A stretch of DNA of 64,000 nucleotides from Antedon mediterranea (Eukaryota; Animalia; Echinodermata): the NCBI RefSeq assembly GCF_964355755.1, contig NC_092670.1, forward strand, positions 17,780,795 through 17,844,794, given 5' to 3'. Below, piece by piece: positions 1-12,300 of the stretch. Position 1 is the stretch's first letter. The number at the start of each line of letters is the position of its first letter. The position numbers and the translations under genes were made by a program. The notes beneath the pieces are model-generated. The model worked only from the letters and a program-made list of their open reading frames with translations, was not told where the DNA came from and ran no database searches.

Positions 1-59
1 TATATATTAGATAAATCATGTATGATACCACCAAACTTTCGAGTTAAAATCAAGATTGT

Positions 60-560
60 GATGCATTTGATGAATAGGCAAACTGCCTTAAAATATCATG
101 ACATGTTTCGAGGAACTATTCTCATCACCAGAATTGAAATCAACGCTTAGAGTACAACAACCTGCTTATTGGTATATAAGTACTCTAGGCGTTGTAAGGT
201 GTGTCTGGGGGCTCCTCGAACATGGGGGTATATTGGGTTCATTAGCATATGTCATTACATCATCTCAGTAGCTAATGATTGGTTCTAAGTTGATCCAGAG
301 GTGTTTGGGTAGAAGTGATTAATGGTATAATAAGGTATTCCAATGATGGATAACAATGTCATATCTGTACTTAAATAGTGTCAACCTCTCCTGGTTTAAC
401 GATGGGAAAGGTCCAAAGTGTTTTCTTTAGAGACTTGATTATGGACTAAATGGAATTTTAAAACTTTTGGACACACTCTTAACTGGACCAAGTGAGGGAG
501 TTCGTGAACTCAATTGAATCTAATACAAAGGTTGATTTCTGAATTATAAATGTATGTCAT
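60..560 (-). mobile_element. Possible degenerate Penelope-like retroelement 3' remnant in a DHX8 intron
   Basis: The minus strand near 90-135 reads TGATGAGAATAGTTCCTCGAAACATGTC, resembling the minimal hammerhead core found in PLE repeats. The minus strand near 350-405 translates PSLNQERLTLFKYRYDIVI, loosely like the PxLNRDxG..YD end of GIY-YIG PLE ORFs. Boundaries are approximate. Confidence 0.3.
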
Positions 561-827
561 TATATTACAATATGTATATACTGTACTTTTAGTTACATTA
601 TGTAAGTAATGACTGACTCATGACATTGTTATTCTCAGTTTCTGTTGTTTATCACGAACGAAAATGAAACTACACAAAGTGAATATGTTTGAAAGAGAAT
701 TTAATATGACAAGCGCTTATAGTACTCATTCTATCCTGCTCCAGTAAATCTTGAAGAAACATAAAAATACGAAAATAAATAAAATATTTAAAACCTTATT
801 TACCCCTTTTTTGTTATGCATTTTTAG

Positions 828-1701
828 ACATAAATTAGATGTTGTATCCTGTGGAAAGACAACAGCTAAGGTGCAGAAAGCCCTGCTTAGTGGCTTCTTC
901 AGCAATGCTGCTAAAAAGGTACAAATTCATTTTGATTTCTTAAAATAGAAAGAATAAACAAAGATGTTTAACTTCCATTAAACCTTGTTCCTAAGAACAC
1001 TTGACACAGTGTGTTTATCTGTTTACAGGATCCACAAGAAGGCTATCGCACACTTTGTGATCAACAGGTGGTATACATACATCCTTCAAGCTCTCTGTTC
1101 AACAGGCAGCCAGATTGGTTAGTAATTCATTTATTCAGACATACAGATTGTTTTGAAACCTAATTATTTTCATTGGTAATGGGCAAGACCAGTCTGTCTG
1201 AAAACCAAAAACTCTCCCAAATCCAGACATCTAAAATGGTCCAAATTCATGTTTACCTTTAGAACCACATTCTGAATACCAGACTTTCTGGAAAACTAGA
1301 CATATTAGGGCAGCCCAAAGGGGTCCGGTATTGGAAGAGTATTACCAAACTTTAGTAATGAAATTAAAACAAACATTAAAAGATATTTAAATTAATTTCT
1401 TGTGGTTCCACAATCATCCTAAAATAAAATGTGTTTTACTTATTTGCAAAATAAATAAATATTATTGTTTTGTTATAGGGTTATATATCATGAACTTGTG
1501 CTTACTACCAAAGAATATATGAGGGAGGTCACGACCATTGACCCCAAGTGGTTAGTTGAGTTTGCTCCGGCATTCTACAAATTCTCTGACCCGACTAAAC
1601 TCAGCAAACAGAAGAAGCAACAACGTTTAGAACCCCTTTACAACAAATATGAAGAACCAAACTCATGGAGAATATCAAGGCATAGGATTAGACGCAATTA
1701 A
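828..1701 (+). CDS. DHX8: DEAH-box RNA helicase DHX8/Prp22, last three coding exons (gene begins upstream of window)
   Basis: Exons 828-918, 1029-1117 and 1479-1701 have GT-AG boundaries and consistent phases. They splice to [11 protein letters not shown]...[102 protein letters not shown], the highly conserved Prp22/DHX8 C-terminus. Confidence 0.97.
1190..1340 (-). mobile_element. Truncated copy of the pogo/Tigger-like MITE at 59132-59302
   Basis: AAAACCAAAAACTCTCCCAAATCCAGA...GTCCGGTATTGGAAGAGT matches the reverse complement of the 59132-59302 element. Confidence 0.65.
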
Positions 1702-2690
1702 ATCCTTGAAGTTGTTAGAAAGAGCCAAACTCCTGGAGAATATCAAGACATTAGATTAAACGCAATTGAATCCCTGCAGTTGTTAGAAAGAGCCAAACTT
1801 ATGGAGAGAAAATCAACGAAATTAAATCCCGGTAGTTATTAAAAAGAACCCAACTCGTGGAGAATATCAAGACATAGGATTAGACGCAATTAAATCCCTG
1901 AAGTTGTTAGAAAGAGCCAAACTCCTGGAGAATATCAAGACATAAGATTAGACGCAATTAAATCCCTGAAGTTGTTAGAAAAGAACCAAACTTATGGAGA
2001 ATATCAAGACATAAAAATAGACGTAATTAAATCCCTGCAGTTGTTAAAAAGAGCCGAACTTGTAGAGAATATCAAGACATAGGATTAGACGCAATTAAAT
2101 CCCTGAAGTTGTTACAAAGAGCCAAACTCCTGGAGAATATGAAGACATAAGATTAGACGCAATTAAATCCCTGAAGTTTTTAGAAAAAAGCCAAACTTAT
2201 GGAGAATATCAAGACATAAGAATAGACGTAATTAAATCCCTGAAGTTGTTAGAAAGAGCCGAACTTGTAGAGAATATCAAGACATAAGAATAGACGTAAT
2301 TAAATCCCTGAAGTTGTTAGAAAGAGCCAAACTCCTTGAGAATATCAAGACATAAGATTAGACGCAATTAAATCCCTAATGTTGTTAGAAAAAAGCCAAA
2401 CTTATGGAGAATATCAAGACATAGGATTAGACGCAATTAAATCCCTGCAGTTGTTTAAAAGAGCCAAACTTGTAGAGAATATCAAAACATAGGATTAGAC
2501 GCAATTAAATCCCTGCAGTTGTTAAGAAAAACCAAACTCATGGGGAATATGAAGACATAGGATTAGACACCATTAAATCCCTGCAGTTGTTAGAAAGAAC
2601 CAAATTTATGGAGAATATCAAGACTTAAGAATAGACGCAATTAAATCCCTGCAGTTGTTAGAAAGAACCATAGGATTAGACACAATTAAA
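1654..2690 (+). repeat. 68-bp tandem repeat (~15 units) starting inside the DHX8 CDS, with a 205-bp higher-order period
   Basis: Unit GAGCCAAACTCCTGGAGAATATCAAGACATAGGATTAGACGCAATTAAATCCCTGAAGTTGTTAGAAA. The first unit is the [15 protein letters not shown]-stop sequence of DHX8. Confidence 0.97.
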
Positions 2691-3398
2691 TTTTTTAAAA
2701 GAGATGATACAGCTTACTCCATAGATTTCCATTTTAAAATAAATGAAGGAAATTATATGAAGTCCGAAACTGTACCAAGATTTATGAGCTGGGAGGGAAA
2801 TTGTGGGATGGTTTTTTTTTTGTGGATGAAGGTTTGGAGGAGGGGGTATTCATCTGTCATTTCAAAACCGTTGAACATTTTTTTTAATGTAACAAAAATA
2901 CTTTTTTTTCTAATTTTACTATAAATTTACTATAAGCTAAATAAAACATGTAATATAAATTTTGATAAAAAAAGTTGTTTTTCAATTTCTTGAATATTGT
3001 TTTTTGATACCTGTACAACAATATACAGTATGTGAATTATAATGTTCAATTATGTGACAAAATTTGATTTTTATAACAAATTTCACTAATATTGTTATAA
3101 AGGCATAGTATATAATATTTACATAAAATGGAATATGAACACGTTTATGAATATGATTTTTTTTGCAACGTGTTTCTAAAAATTAATGAAAAATGCAAAT
3201 TTTCTCTGCGCAGTCGCAGCAGCATCAGATATTAAATTTTAAAATCAATGAAGCGTGATGACTTATAAATAGTTGCACGAGGCGAAAACTATAACCGCGC
3301 GAAACCGGGTTGTGACAAAAAAGACAACCAGTTCGTAACATTACTCAATTTAACCAGGTCTGATTTAACATTTATTATATTACAATATAATCATCAAT

Positions 3399-6300
3399 AT
3401 GACTGAATCATACATTGAGGTAAGTGAAAGTCTACGTCAAATTGATACATAATAGTTGCAAAACCCAACTACCGCGCGCTAGGCTAGGCCTCCTGCTACT
3501 AGTATTTTGGAACATTAACAACAATAACACTTCTCACGGGCCGCACTCGTAAAGTTAGTAGTAGGCTAGGCCTACTACTACTGTTATGCGCGATTTGAAC
3601 GATTTGCGCAATTTGAAATTGCGCAAAAAAAATCCTTGCGTAATTTGAATTGAAACATGTGTTTCAAATTGCGCAAGCAACGTATTAAATTGCGCAAGTA
3701 ATCTGCAAACTGCGCAAGGTTTTTCGACAGATTGTGAAATCATGCACACCCATATTTATATAGTAATTTCTAAGAATGATTCAAAATTAAAGATAAATAT
3801 CGCATTTCCTTATTTTAGTAGTGCAAATATTGTTATAAGTTAGCATACCGTCGAAGAACCGACGAAGGAAAACGAAGCGGTGGTGTTCCACCAGGCGGGC
3901 GCGGCGCGGGCGGTCGGCTATACTACTCTAGCCTAGCTAGGGTCTGGACTACTGATACTGACTAGGTTACATGGCCTAGCTTAAACTAATATTAAAAACT
4001 TAATTTTTACATTTATTTTGATTTATTTCAAGTTACAGTGATAATATTATTTAATTGTAATAATAAATGTTATGTATTTATTATACACATGTTATCTTCG
4101 CATTTATTATGTTTTATTTTGAGTTATTTAGTTTCCAATAAATTATTATAATACCGATTGTAGTTCGTTTTCAAATTGCGCAAAGGTGTCATATTGCGCA
4201 AGAACTATCTTGCGCAATTTACAAATTGTGCAGCGCAATTTAAAATTGCGCAAAGATTTTCTTGCGCAATTTGAAATTGCGCAAGTTGATTGCGCAATTT
4301 GAAATTGCGCAAAAAAATCCTTGCGCAATTTTAAATTGCGCAAGAATTCTTTGCGCTATTTCAAATTGCGCAAGGATTTTTTTGCGCAATTTCAAATTGC
4401 GCAAATCGTTCAAATCGCGCATAACACTACTACTAGTAGTAGTAGGGATCGGATTCCCGTAGGCCTCCTATCAACCAGTTGTGTTGAATGCTGTTCTGTC
4501 ACAAGTTCGGTGGACAACAGGGCCTACCTCTGGGTGTGTCGAAAGCGAAGACCAAAGATTGAAGACCCTGCGAAATGGTAGTGTGCACAAAATCCGACCA
4601 AAATCGTGATAATACCTTGAATTTACAGATTCTAAAAAAAGATTTCGATTTTAATTGTTATGTTATCAACAATCATGACTTTATGAACAAGCTCACGCGT
4701 TTTCGCCAATGGAGTTAATATGTGACATGGTTTTACGAACAAACACATCGCGCTATTTGCAAGGCGACGGATGCACAAGAAGGACATCGCACAGGGAGAG
4801 AATTGAATTGAATGCAATGCTTACAATTTAAAACCATAGCCAACTCAGAGAATAATTTCTTTGTAGCACACGTCGCCTACAATTTAAACCCATAGCCAAT
4901 TGTTTATAAGTATAGAAATAAACTACATAAAAGTAAATTGTAAGAAGTAAAGGATGGCGGTAGGCTTTTTTAGGCTTATTTTAGAGCCTATATAAAAAGT
5001 GTTTTTTATTTTATATGTTGCTATGTGGTTTTTATCTATAATATTTGCCTATTTATTATCTAAATTTGTAAATAAATACAATAAGATATTCATTTTCCTG
5101 TATTGTATTTAAAATTTTACATTTTCCCCATTGTATACTATTGCTGTTTTACTTAATCGCCAGTTTAAAAAATGTTTTCTAATGTATTCATAAATAGACA
5201 AAATAATGTATCAGTATCAGAATATTTAGTGTGGTTGGTGAACGACGCGCAACATAAGAAAATACTCACTATCTATTTTGCATCCCCTCACGATCGAGAA
5301 CATCATTATGATGAACGTAAAGCAGAAACGGTGTTGAACACGTCGGTCCCCACTTGTGATGGCACGCAAGTTTATTTCATTACGGCGCACTTTGCGTCGA
5401 TCCGTTGCGTCGATCTGAAAACCAATTTCAGCTCTTAAAATATTTCCCGGGCCGATGACAGTTCGTCCCAATAGCTTACCGTGAACTAACGGAACTTTAT
5501 TTTATAAATCAAAAATAATACTGTATTCAAATTATGATTTGACAAAAGGCTAATAGGCCTGTGTAAAACGAACAATAGGCATCACATTCTGAAAATTGTG
5601 CTCGATTGTTAACCCGTTATGATATAGTATATAATTCTGTTAGATTTGTTTGTGTAATGTCAATTCTATATTTAAATGGTCATTACACAACCGGTGACCT
5701 GTTTCTTCAATTTTGTTAAATTTATATTTTCTTTTGTTAATGGACACTCATGGCAGGGATATGCAAACATTTAGAAGCGGGACGTCGACAATCTGTTAAA
5801 AATCGGGAGACTGTTTCGTCTCATCCAGAAGCCATCTGAGATAGAAGGTTGGGGGTTAGTAAAGCCCGATAACAATTCACCATCACTTAGATTTATAGAG
5901 AGTATCTCTTTTTGTATTCACCACGGGCAATGCTTGAAAACAAAAGTCAGTTTCTTTTTATTTTACTTTGATGATGAGGACAATTGTGGTTGGCGGAACT
6001 GGAACTTCATTAAACATGTCTTTTCTTTTTTTTTAAACACCCGTTTTAATATCGTCACTAATCACATTTCAACCGTAACAAAATCGGCAACTTGGGAGCG
6101 AATATTTTTTATTTCAATCTTTTTTTTGAATGGCTTTTGTCTTTGTGAACGTTGACATAATTAAATGTTATTCCGAATTATGGAAGCCGTGAAACAGATG
6201 ATATGTCGCAGGAAAAAATCGATTTATAACCAAAATTTGCAGAATGCTGATTCCTATCGTTCGTTCTTTTTAGCCTTTTGTCATAATTTGGCCCAGGAAA

Positions 6301-9300
6301 TATTATAAAGAGCTGGAATTAGTTTCCAGATCGACGCAAAGTGCGCATTAAGAACAAACTTGCGTGTCATGACTCTGACGGGTTCAACACCGTTTCTGCT
6401 TTACGTAAATCATGATGATTCTCGATCGTAAGAAAAGATGCTGTACGGTAGTATAGGCTACAATGGGGAAAATGTAAAAGTTAAAAAACTACACAGAATA
6501 ACTAAAGGAAAATAAATATTTCATTGTATTTGTTCATAAATTTAGACAATATGCAAATATTCAATTAAATGCTCTGTGCGATGTCCTTCTTGTGCGTCCG
6601 TTGCCTTGCAAAATAGCGCAATGTGTTTGTTCGTAAAACCATATCACATATTAACTCCATTTGCGAAAACACGTAAGCTTGTTCATAGATAAAGTCATGT
6701 TTTTAACGATTAAAATCGAAATATATTTTTCTAGAATCTGTAAATTCAAGGTGTTATCGATTTTGTGTGATTTTGGTCGGATTTTGTGTACACTACCATT
6801 TTGTAGGGTCTTCGCTTTCGAGGTCTTAGGTCTTCGATCTTCGCTTTTGAGGTCTTCGCTTTCGACACACCCGGCTAGCTATGCCCAACATTAACAAGAC
6901 TTTTTAAATTAGTAAGGCCAACATGCATTTGTTTGATAATAATGTGATAGGCCTAATCTTATGTTTTTTAAGGCTAATATAATTCATATAAATATTTTTA
7001 TAAGTTTAGGCCTAGGCCCTAATAACAATTCATTTTTTTAAAATAGGCCTGTAGATAGTATAATTAATATAATTAGGCCATATAATGAACAAACCTCTGT
7101 ATTTCAGATTCAAGGTGGCTATACTTTTGCTGGTTGGTGTAATTGCTGAATTAATATATTATTTTTATGAATGGTCTTAATAAAAAAATTTTATTTACAC
7201 TTACAGATACCAGATAACAGTAAAGGGTACAACCTTGACATGTTCTGTGTACCAAAACACTATGAACAATATCTAGATTCGGTGCTTATTCCACATGGGG
7301 TCATTTCAGACAGGTACGGTTTGTTGTACTTACAGTATTTGATTTTGTACAGATCCGCTGGCCCATGACCAGTAAAAGCCTGTAAAATTCAGTTGTATTT
7401 GTATTGAACCACGGTTAAGATAACCACTTCTATTCTGGACACACCCTGGTAAGATATAGTGATTGTTGTGTCAAATTTGGAATAAATTTCAGTCAGTTAA
7501 ATTTGTACGTTATCATACAATTCATTAATTTTTAATTATGAAAATTTTTAAAATTGTGTAATACCCTAGCTTGTGAAAATAATGCAAAAAATATCCTCTC
7601 TCTTAAAGCATTTTCTGTCAATTAAACGATTTCTGTATTTTTTTGTTTTGAGCAGACCTTAATTGTTTAAATGGTTCAGTTTGAAACTAACATAATATAT
7701 ACATTTTAAATGGTTAGAATTAATATAAGATAAAGAATAAGACCAGAGGCAATGCTATAGACATTGTAATATTATTATAAATTTAATGTGCTCAGAAAAA
7801 GTGAAACTGCTGAGATAATTTGAAAAACAAACATGTAATATTAAATATCATGCTGATGATGCTTATTTTGTAGGTCAGAATATCTGTAGTCATGACAATA
7901 ACAGCGTGCCACAATGAGGCTGTCCAGTGACCCCTATTGTCTACTACTACGCTTCCCATTGACCCCTATTATCTGCTATACCATAAATAATATTGAAATT
8001 ATCATAATGTGTTCATGTTGGTGTATGTGTGTGTTTTTGTATGCGTGTGTTGATTGTCTAACTGTATATTTACACACATTGATTATTGCAAAATGATAAC
8101 ATATTTGATAATAGAATGAGGGCCTGTTTCTGCTGCAACTGCTCAAAATACGGTATAAAATACGGTATTTTTTATACCGTATTTTTTAGTACCCCGTTTC
8201 TGCTAACAATACTTCTTGGGTGGTCGTGTTAAATTTCATCTTTTTTACCCAAATTGCCATTCATTTATTTGATCGATAATTAAAAGTCGCAATAAAGGAA
8301 GTTTTACGTCTCACTTTCAACAGCCTAGCCCTAGTGATAGAGATGTTGTGAGAGCACAGAAAACATCGTAATGGGGACAATTAATTCGTTCCCTCCCCGA
8401 GTTATTGTATTTTGCAATGTTGTACTGCTTTCGCAGTCTCTTCAGCTTTGAGTTTACTTGCTTTGGAGACATGTGGTTGTCCCTTTTATTACCTTTTAGT
8501 TGGTCAGACATTTTAGCTTCCCCACACACATTTATTTAGTAAACCTGTGACGTCTTCGCTCCACATTTTCGCCGAATATATATATACATGTGTGTAAAGC
8601 AGCTAACAGCGACAGAAAATAAAAACACGAATGGTGACCTTTTGTCATGTAAAAAAAAAATACGGTATTTTTTATTGGCAGCAGAAACGGGTACAAAAAA
8701 TACGGTATAAATTTGTAAATACCGTATTTTATCCACAAATTTTGTGGGGAAAATACGGTATACAAAATACGGTATATTTTTTATGAGCGCAGTTTCTGCT
8801 GCCAAAAATATACCGTATATATACGGTATTCAAAAAATACTGTATAATATACGGTATTTAGTTGGCAGCAGAAACAGGGCCTGAGATGCATATTTTATTT
8901 CTCTTTTTACAAAATTGTAATAACTTCATTTTCCTTTTGGGAAATTTAAAAATACTGTCTTATACAGTTTATAAAGGTCTGTGCATAATAGTCTGCCTTT
9001 TTATTGACTCCATGACGTCTTTTTCACCGCTTCCTTTTTGTCTTGTTGACTGGTTATTTTTGTCTCTTTTTATTTTTTCATTTCATACGCACCCAACAGC
9101 GAGTAACTCGCCAATTGCAGGATGGATAAACTATTTTATAATTTATCGTGATTATAAACTAAGTCTCATTTGAGGCTTAGGGAGTGGAGTTGAAAGAGAC
9201 TTGAGTCATAATGAGTTACAACCATAGGACTAGGTCAGGATTGAACCCCGGACCTTGGGATTTGAAGGCAAACACGTAACCACTAAGCTAACTAACCACA

Positions 9301-12300
9301 CCCCACTTGTGTATTTATGAAAATATGTTGATATATAAAGTTTGTGGTGCACCACATACTGTATATTATTAGTTCTGAAAAGAACTGTTGAGTTCCTCAA
9401 CATTTTGATCAATATACTTTGATTATCCTCAGGAGTGAGAATGCAAAACTTCCAACAATATATGAAAATATGGTCAAATAAATTCATTAATATACACTTA
9501 TACAATATTTAATTCAAAGAAAAATAAAAAAGTAGCTGTATTTGTATTAACAAGACTGCTTTCTCATGTAGGACGGAGCGTCTTGCTCGTAACATTGTCA
9601 AAGATATGGGAGAGGATGAGCTCGTGGTGCTGTGTGTTTTGAAAGGTGGCTACAAGTTCTGTGCTGATTTGCTGGATTACATTAAAGCATTAAATCGAAA
9701 CTCTGAACGGTCGATCCGAATGTCCGTGGATTTCATCCGATTGAAAAGCTATGAGGTATATAGTTGTGTACAACCCCTCCTTTGGGACAACTCTATTCAG
9801 GGGATACTTTTCCACGAAACTAACAAGCAATATATTCAAGAGACACCCCTAGAGGTTTTACTGTATAATTATATTAACAATGTATATCTCCAGCAGTTTA
9901 GGTTAAGTCATTATCACACAGTAACTTGAGGGCCTGCTGCACTGCTGCTATATTTTGAGTCTATTATAGTCATAGTGTCTTTATTTGTTTATCAGAAATT
10001 TGTTTGAAATCTTGCATATACTAAACACAAAATGGATATATGTATTATGAAAAATGAGTCAATAATCTGTAATCTTAAACAAAGAAACATAAAAGTTCAA
10101 TTTTTCATCACCTTTAAATAGTCTACTCACAAATCGAGAGTCGCTGTTCAATGTAGTACATGTCCACTTAGGGCTATTAACAACTTTACTTTACTATGCA
10201 CTATTTAGAAATGAATTTTTCTTAATTTTTTTCTGTAATTCTTCTTTCAGTTTTAAAAAAAAATCTATGATTTACTTCATTTTTTTAGTTTACCAATTAT
10301 CTAATAATCTTAATGTTTAAAATTGAAATATGTTTATAATTTCAGAATGATAAATCATCGGGTGATATCCGTGTAATTGGAATTGACTCATTGAGTACGT
10401 TAGCTGGAAAGAATGTTTTAATTGTTGAGGTTTGTTTAAAAGGATATATTAAATGCATTTTTTTTAAATAATAATTTGTATATTGCGTTTTTATGCAATG
10501 TAAACAGTCAGTAAAATTATTTTTAAAAATATTTAAAAAAGTTATGGTTTTTATCCATCCAACTATTTTATTTTTACAGGACATTGTAGACACAGGTAGG
10601 ACAATGAAGAAGCTACTGAAAGTAGTGAATGAAAACAGCCCCAAGAGTGTACAAGTGTGTAGTTTGCTGGTGAAACGGGGCAAAAATGAATACAGGCCGG
10701 CATGTAAGTATTCGGGCAAGGAAACTACAAATGTTGGACAAGGGAAGGTGATAATGGGCCTTACAAACTGTGTTTTTAGCTTTGAAGTGGGCCTATGTGA
10801 GAACCAATAATGTGAGTTGACTTACGGATGGATCACGTTGGTATCGACATAAATTTCCTCGAAATTTGGGTAAGGATTTGATAACATCCTAACATCCTAA
10901 CCCAAACATAGTTAAATAAAATTATTTGCAAACTGAATGAATGAATGAATATATCTAATAATAGTTTATGTCCGTCAATACTAGATAATAGTTTATGTCC
11001 GTCAATACTAGATACTAGTTTACGTCCATCAATACTAGATAATAGTTTATGTCCGTCAATACTAGATAATAGTTTATGTCCGTCAATACTAGATAATAGT
11101 TTATGTCCGTCAATACTAGATAATAGTTTATGTCTGTCAATACTAGATAATAGTTTATGTCTGTCAATACTAGATAATAGTTTACGTCCGTCAATACTAG
11201 ATAATAGTTTACGTCCGTCAATACTAGATAATAGTTTACGTCCGTCAATACTAGATAATAGTTTATGTCCGTCAATACTAGATAATAGTTTATGTCCGTC
11301 AATACTAGATAATAGTTTATGTCCGTCAATACTAGATAATAGTTTATGTCCGTCAATACTAGATAATAGTTTATGTCCGTCAATACTAGATAATAGTTTA
11401 TGTCTGTCAATACTAGATAATAGTTTATGTCCGTCAATACTAGATAATAGTTTATGTCTGTCAATACTAGATAATAGTTTACGTCCGTCAATACTAGATA
11501 ATAGTTTATGTCTGTCAATACTAGATAATAGTTTACGTCCGTCAATACTAGATAATAGTTTACGTCCGTCAATACTAGATAATAGTTTACGTCCGTCAAT
11601 ACTAGATAATAGTTTGCGTCCGTCAATACTAGATAATAGTTTACGTCCGTCAATACTAGATAATAGTTTACGTCCGTCAATACTAGATAATAGTTTACGT
11701 CCGTCAATGCTAGATAATAGTTTACGTCCGTCAATGCTAGATACTAGTTTACGTCCGTCAATACTAGATAATAGTTTACGTCCGTCAATACTAGATAATA
11801 GTTTACGTCCGTCAATACTAGATAATAGTTTACGTCCGTCAATACTAGATAATAGTTTACGTCCGTCAATACTAGATAATAGTTTATGTCCGTCAATACT
11901 AGATAATAGTTTACGTCTGTCAATACTAGATAATAGTTTATGTCCGTCAATACTAGATAATAGTTTATGTCCGTCAATACTAGATAATAGTTTATGTCCG
12001 TCAATACTAGATAATAGTTTGATCTCGCTTTATAGATCACTGAGAAATATGATTTTAAAAAGTAAACAATTAACTGACTGACTTAAATAACTAACTTAAA
12101 TTTCACCATTTTTTTTCCCCCGTAGATATAGGATTTGAAGTTCCAGATAAGTTTGTAGTCGGCTATGCCTTAGATTACAACGAGTACTTTCGCGATTTGA
12201 ACGTAAGTTTATTTTTGTTATGTTTAATGTATCTTTATGTTGAAATGCACCATTAAGATATCTATACGCGACACAATATCAAGCAAGCTACTAATTAATC

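Noticed and set aside
1654-2690. CRISPR-like appearance of the regular arrays (also 10958, 15890, 51353)
   Set aside because: Units are head-to-tail with no unique spacers, no cas genes are present, and the context is eukaryotic.
3555-4581. Cluster of short ORFs with RNFKLRK/AQFEIAQ repeats
   Set aside because: Translations of the palindromic TTGCGCAA arrays of the MITE, appearing on both strands as expected for palindromes.
9180-9305. Possible tRNA genes (also 41945, 44010, 53269)
   Set aside because: A and B boxes are present, but I could not form a proper cloverleaf. The heads run into shared non-tRNA bodies, so they were called SINEs.
10945-12081. 378-aa, 239-aa and 98-aa repeat ORFs (SLCPSILDN / VLTDINYYL)
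   Set aside because: By-products of a 27-bp minisatellite lying wholly inside an HPRT1 intron whose flanking exons join in frame; no unique coding sequence.
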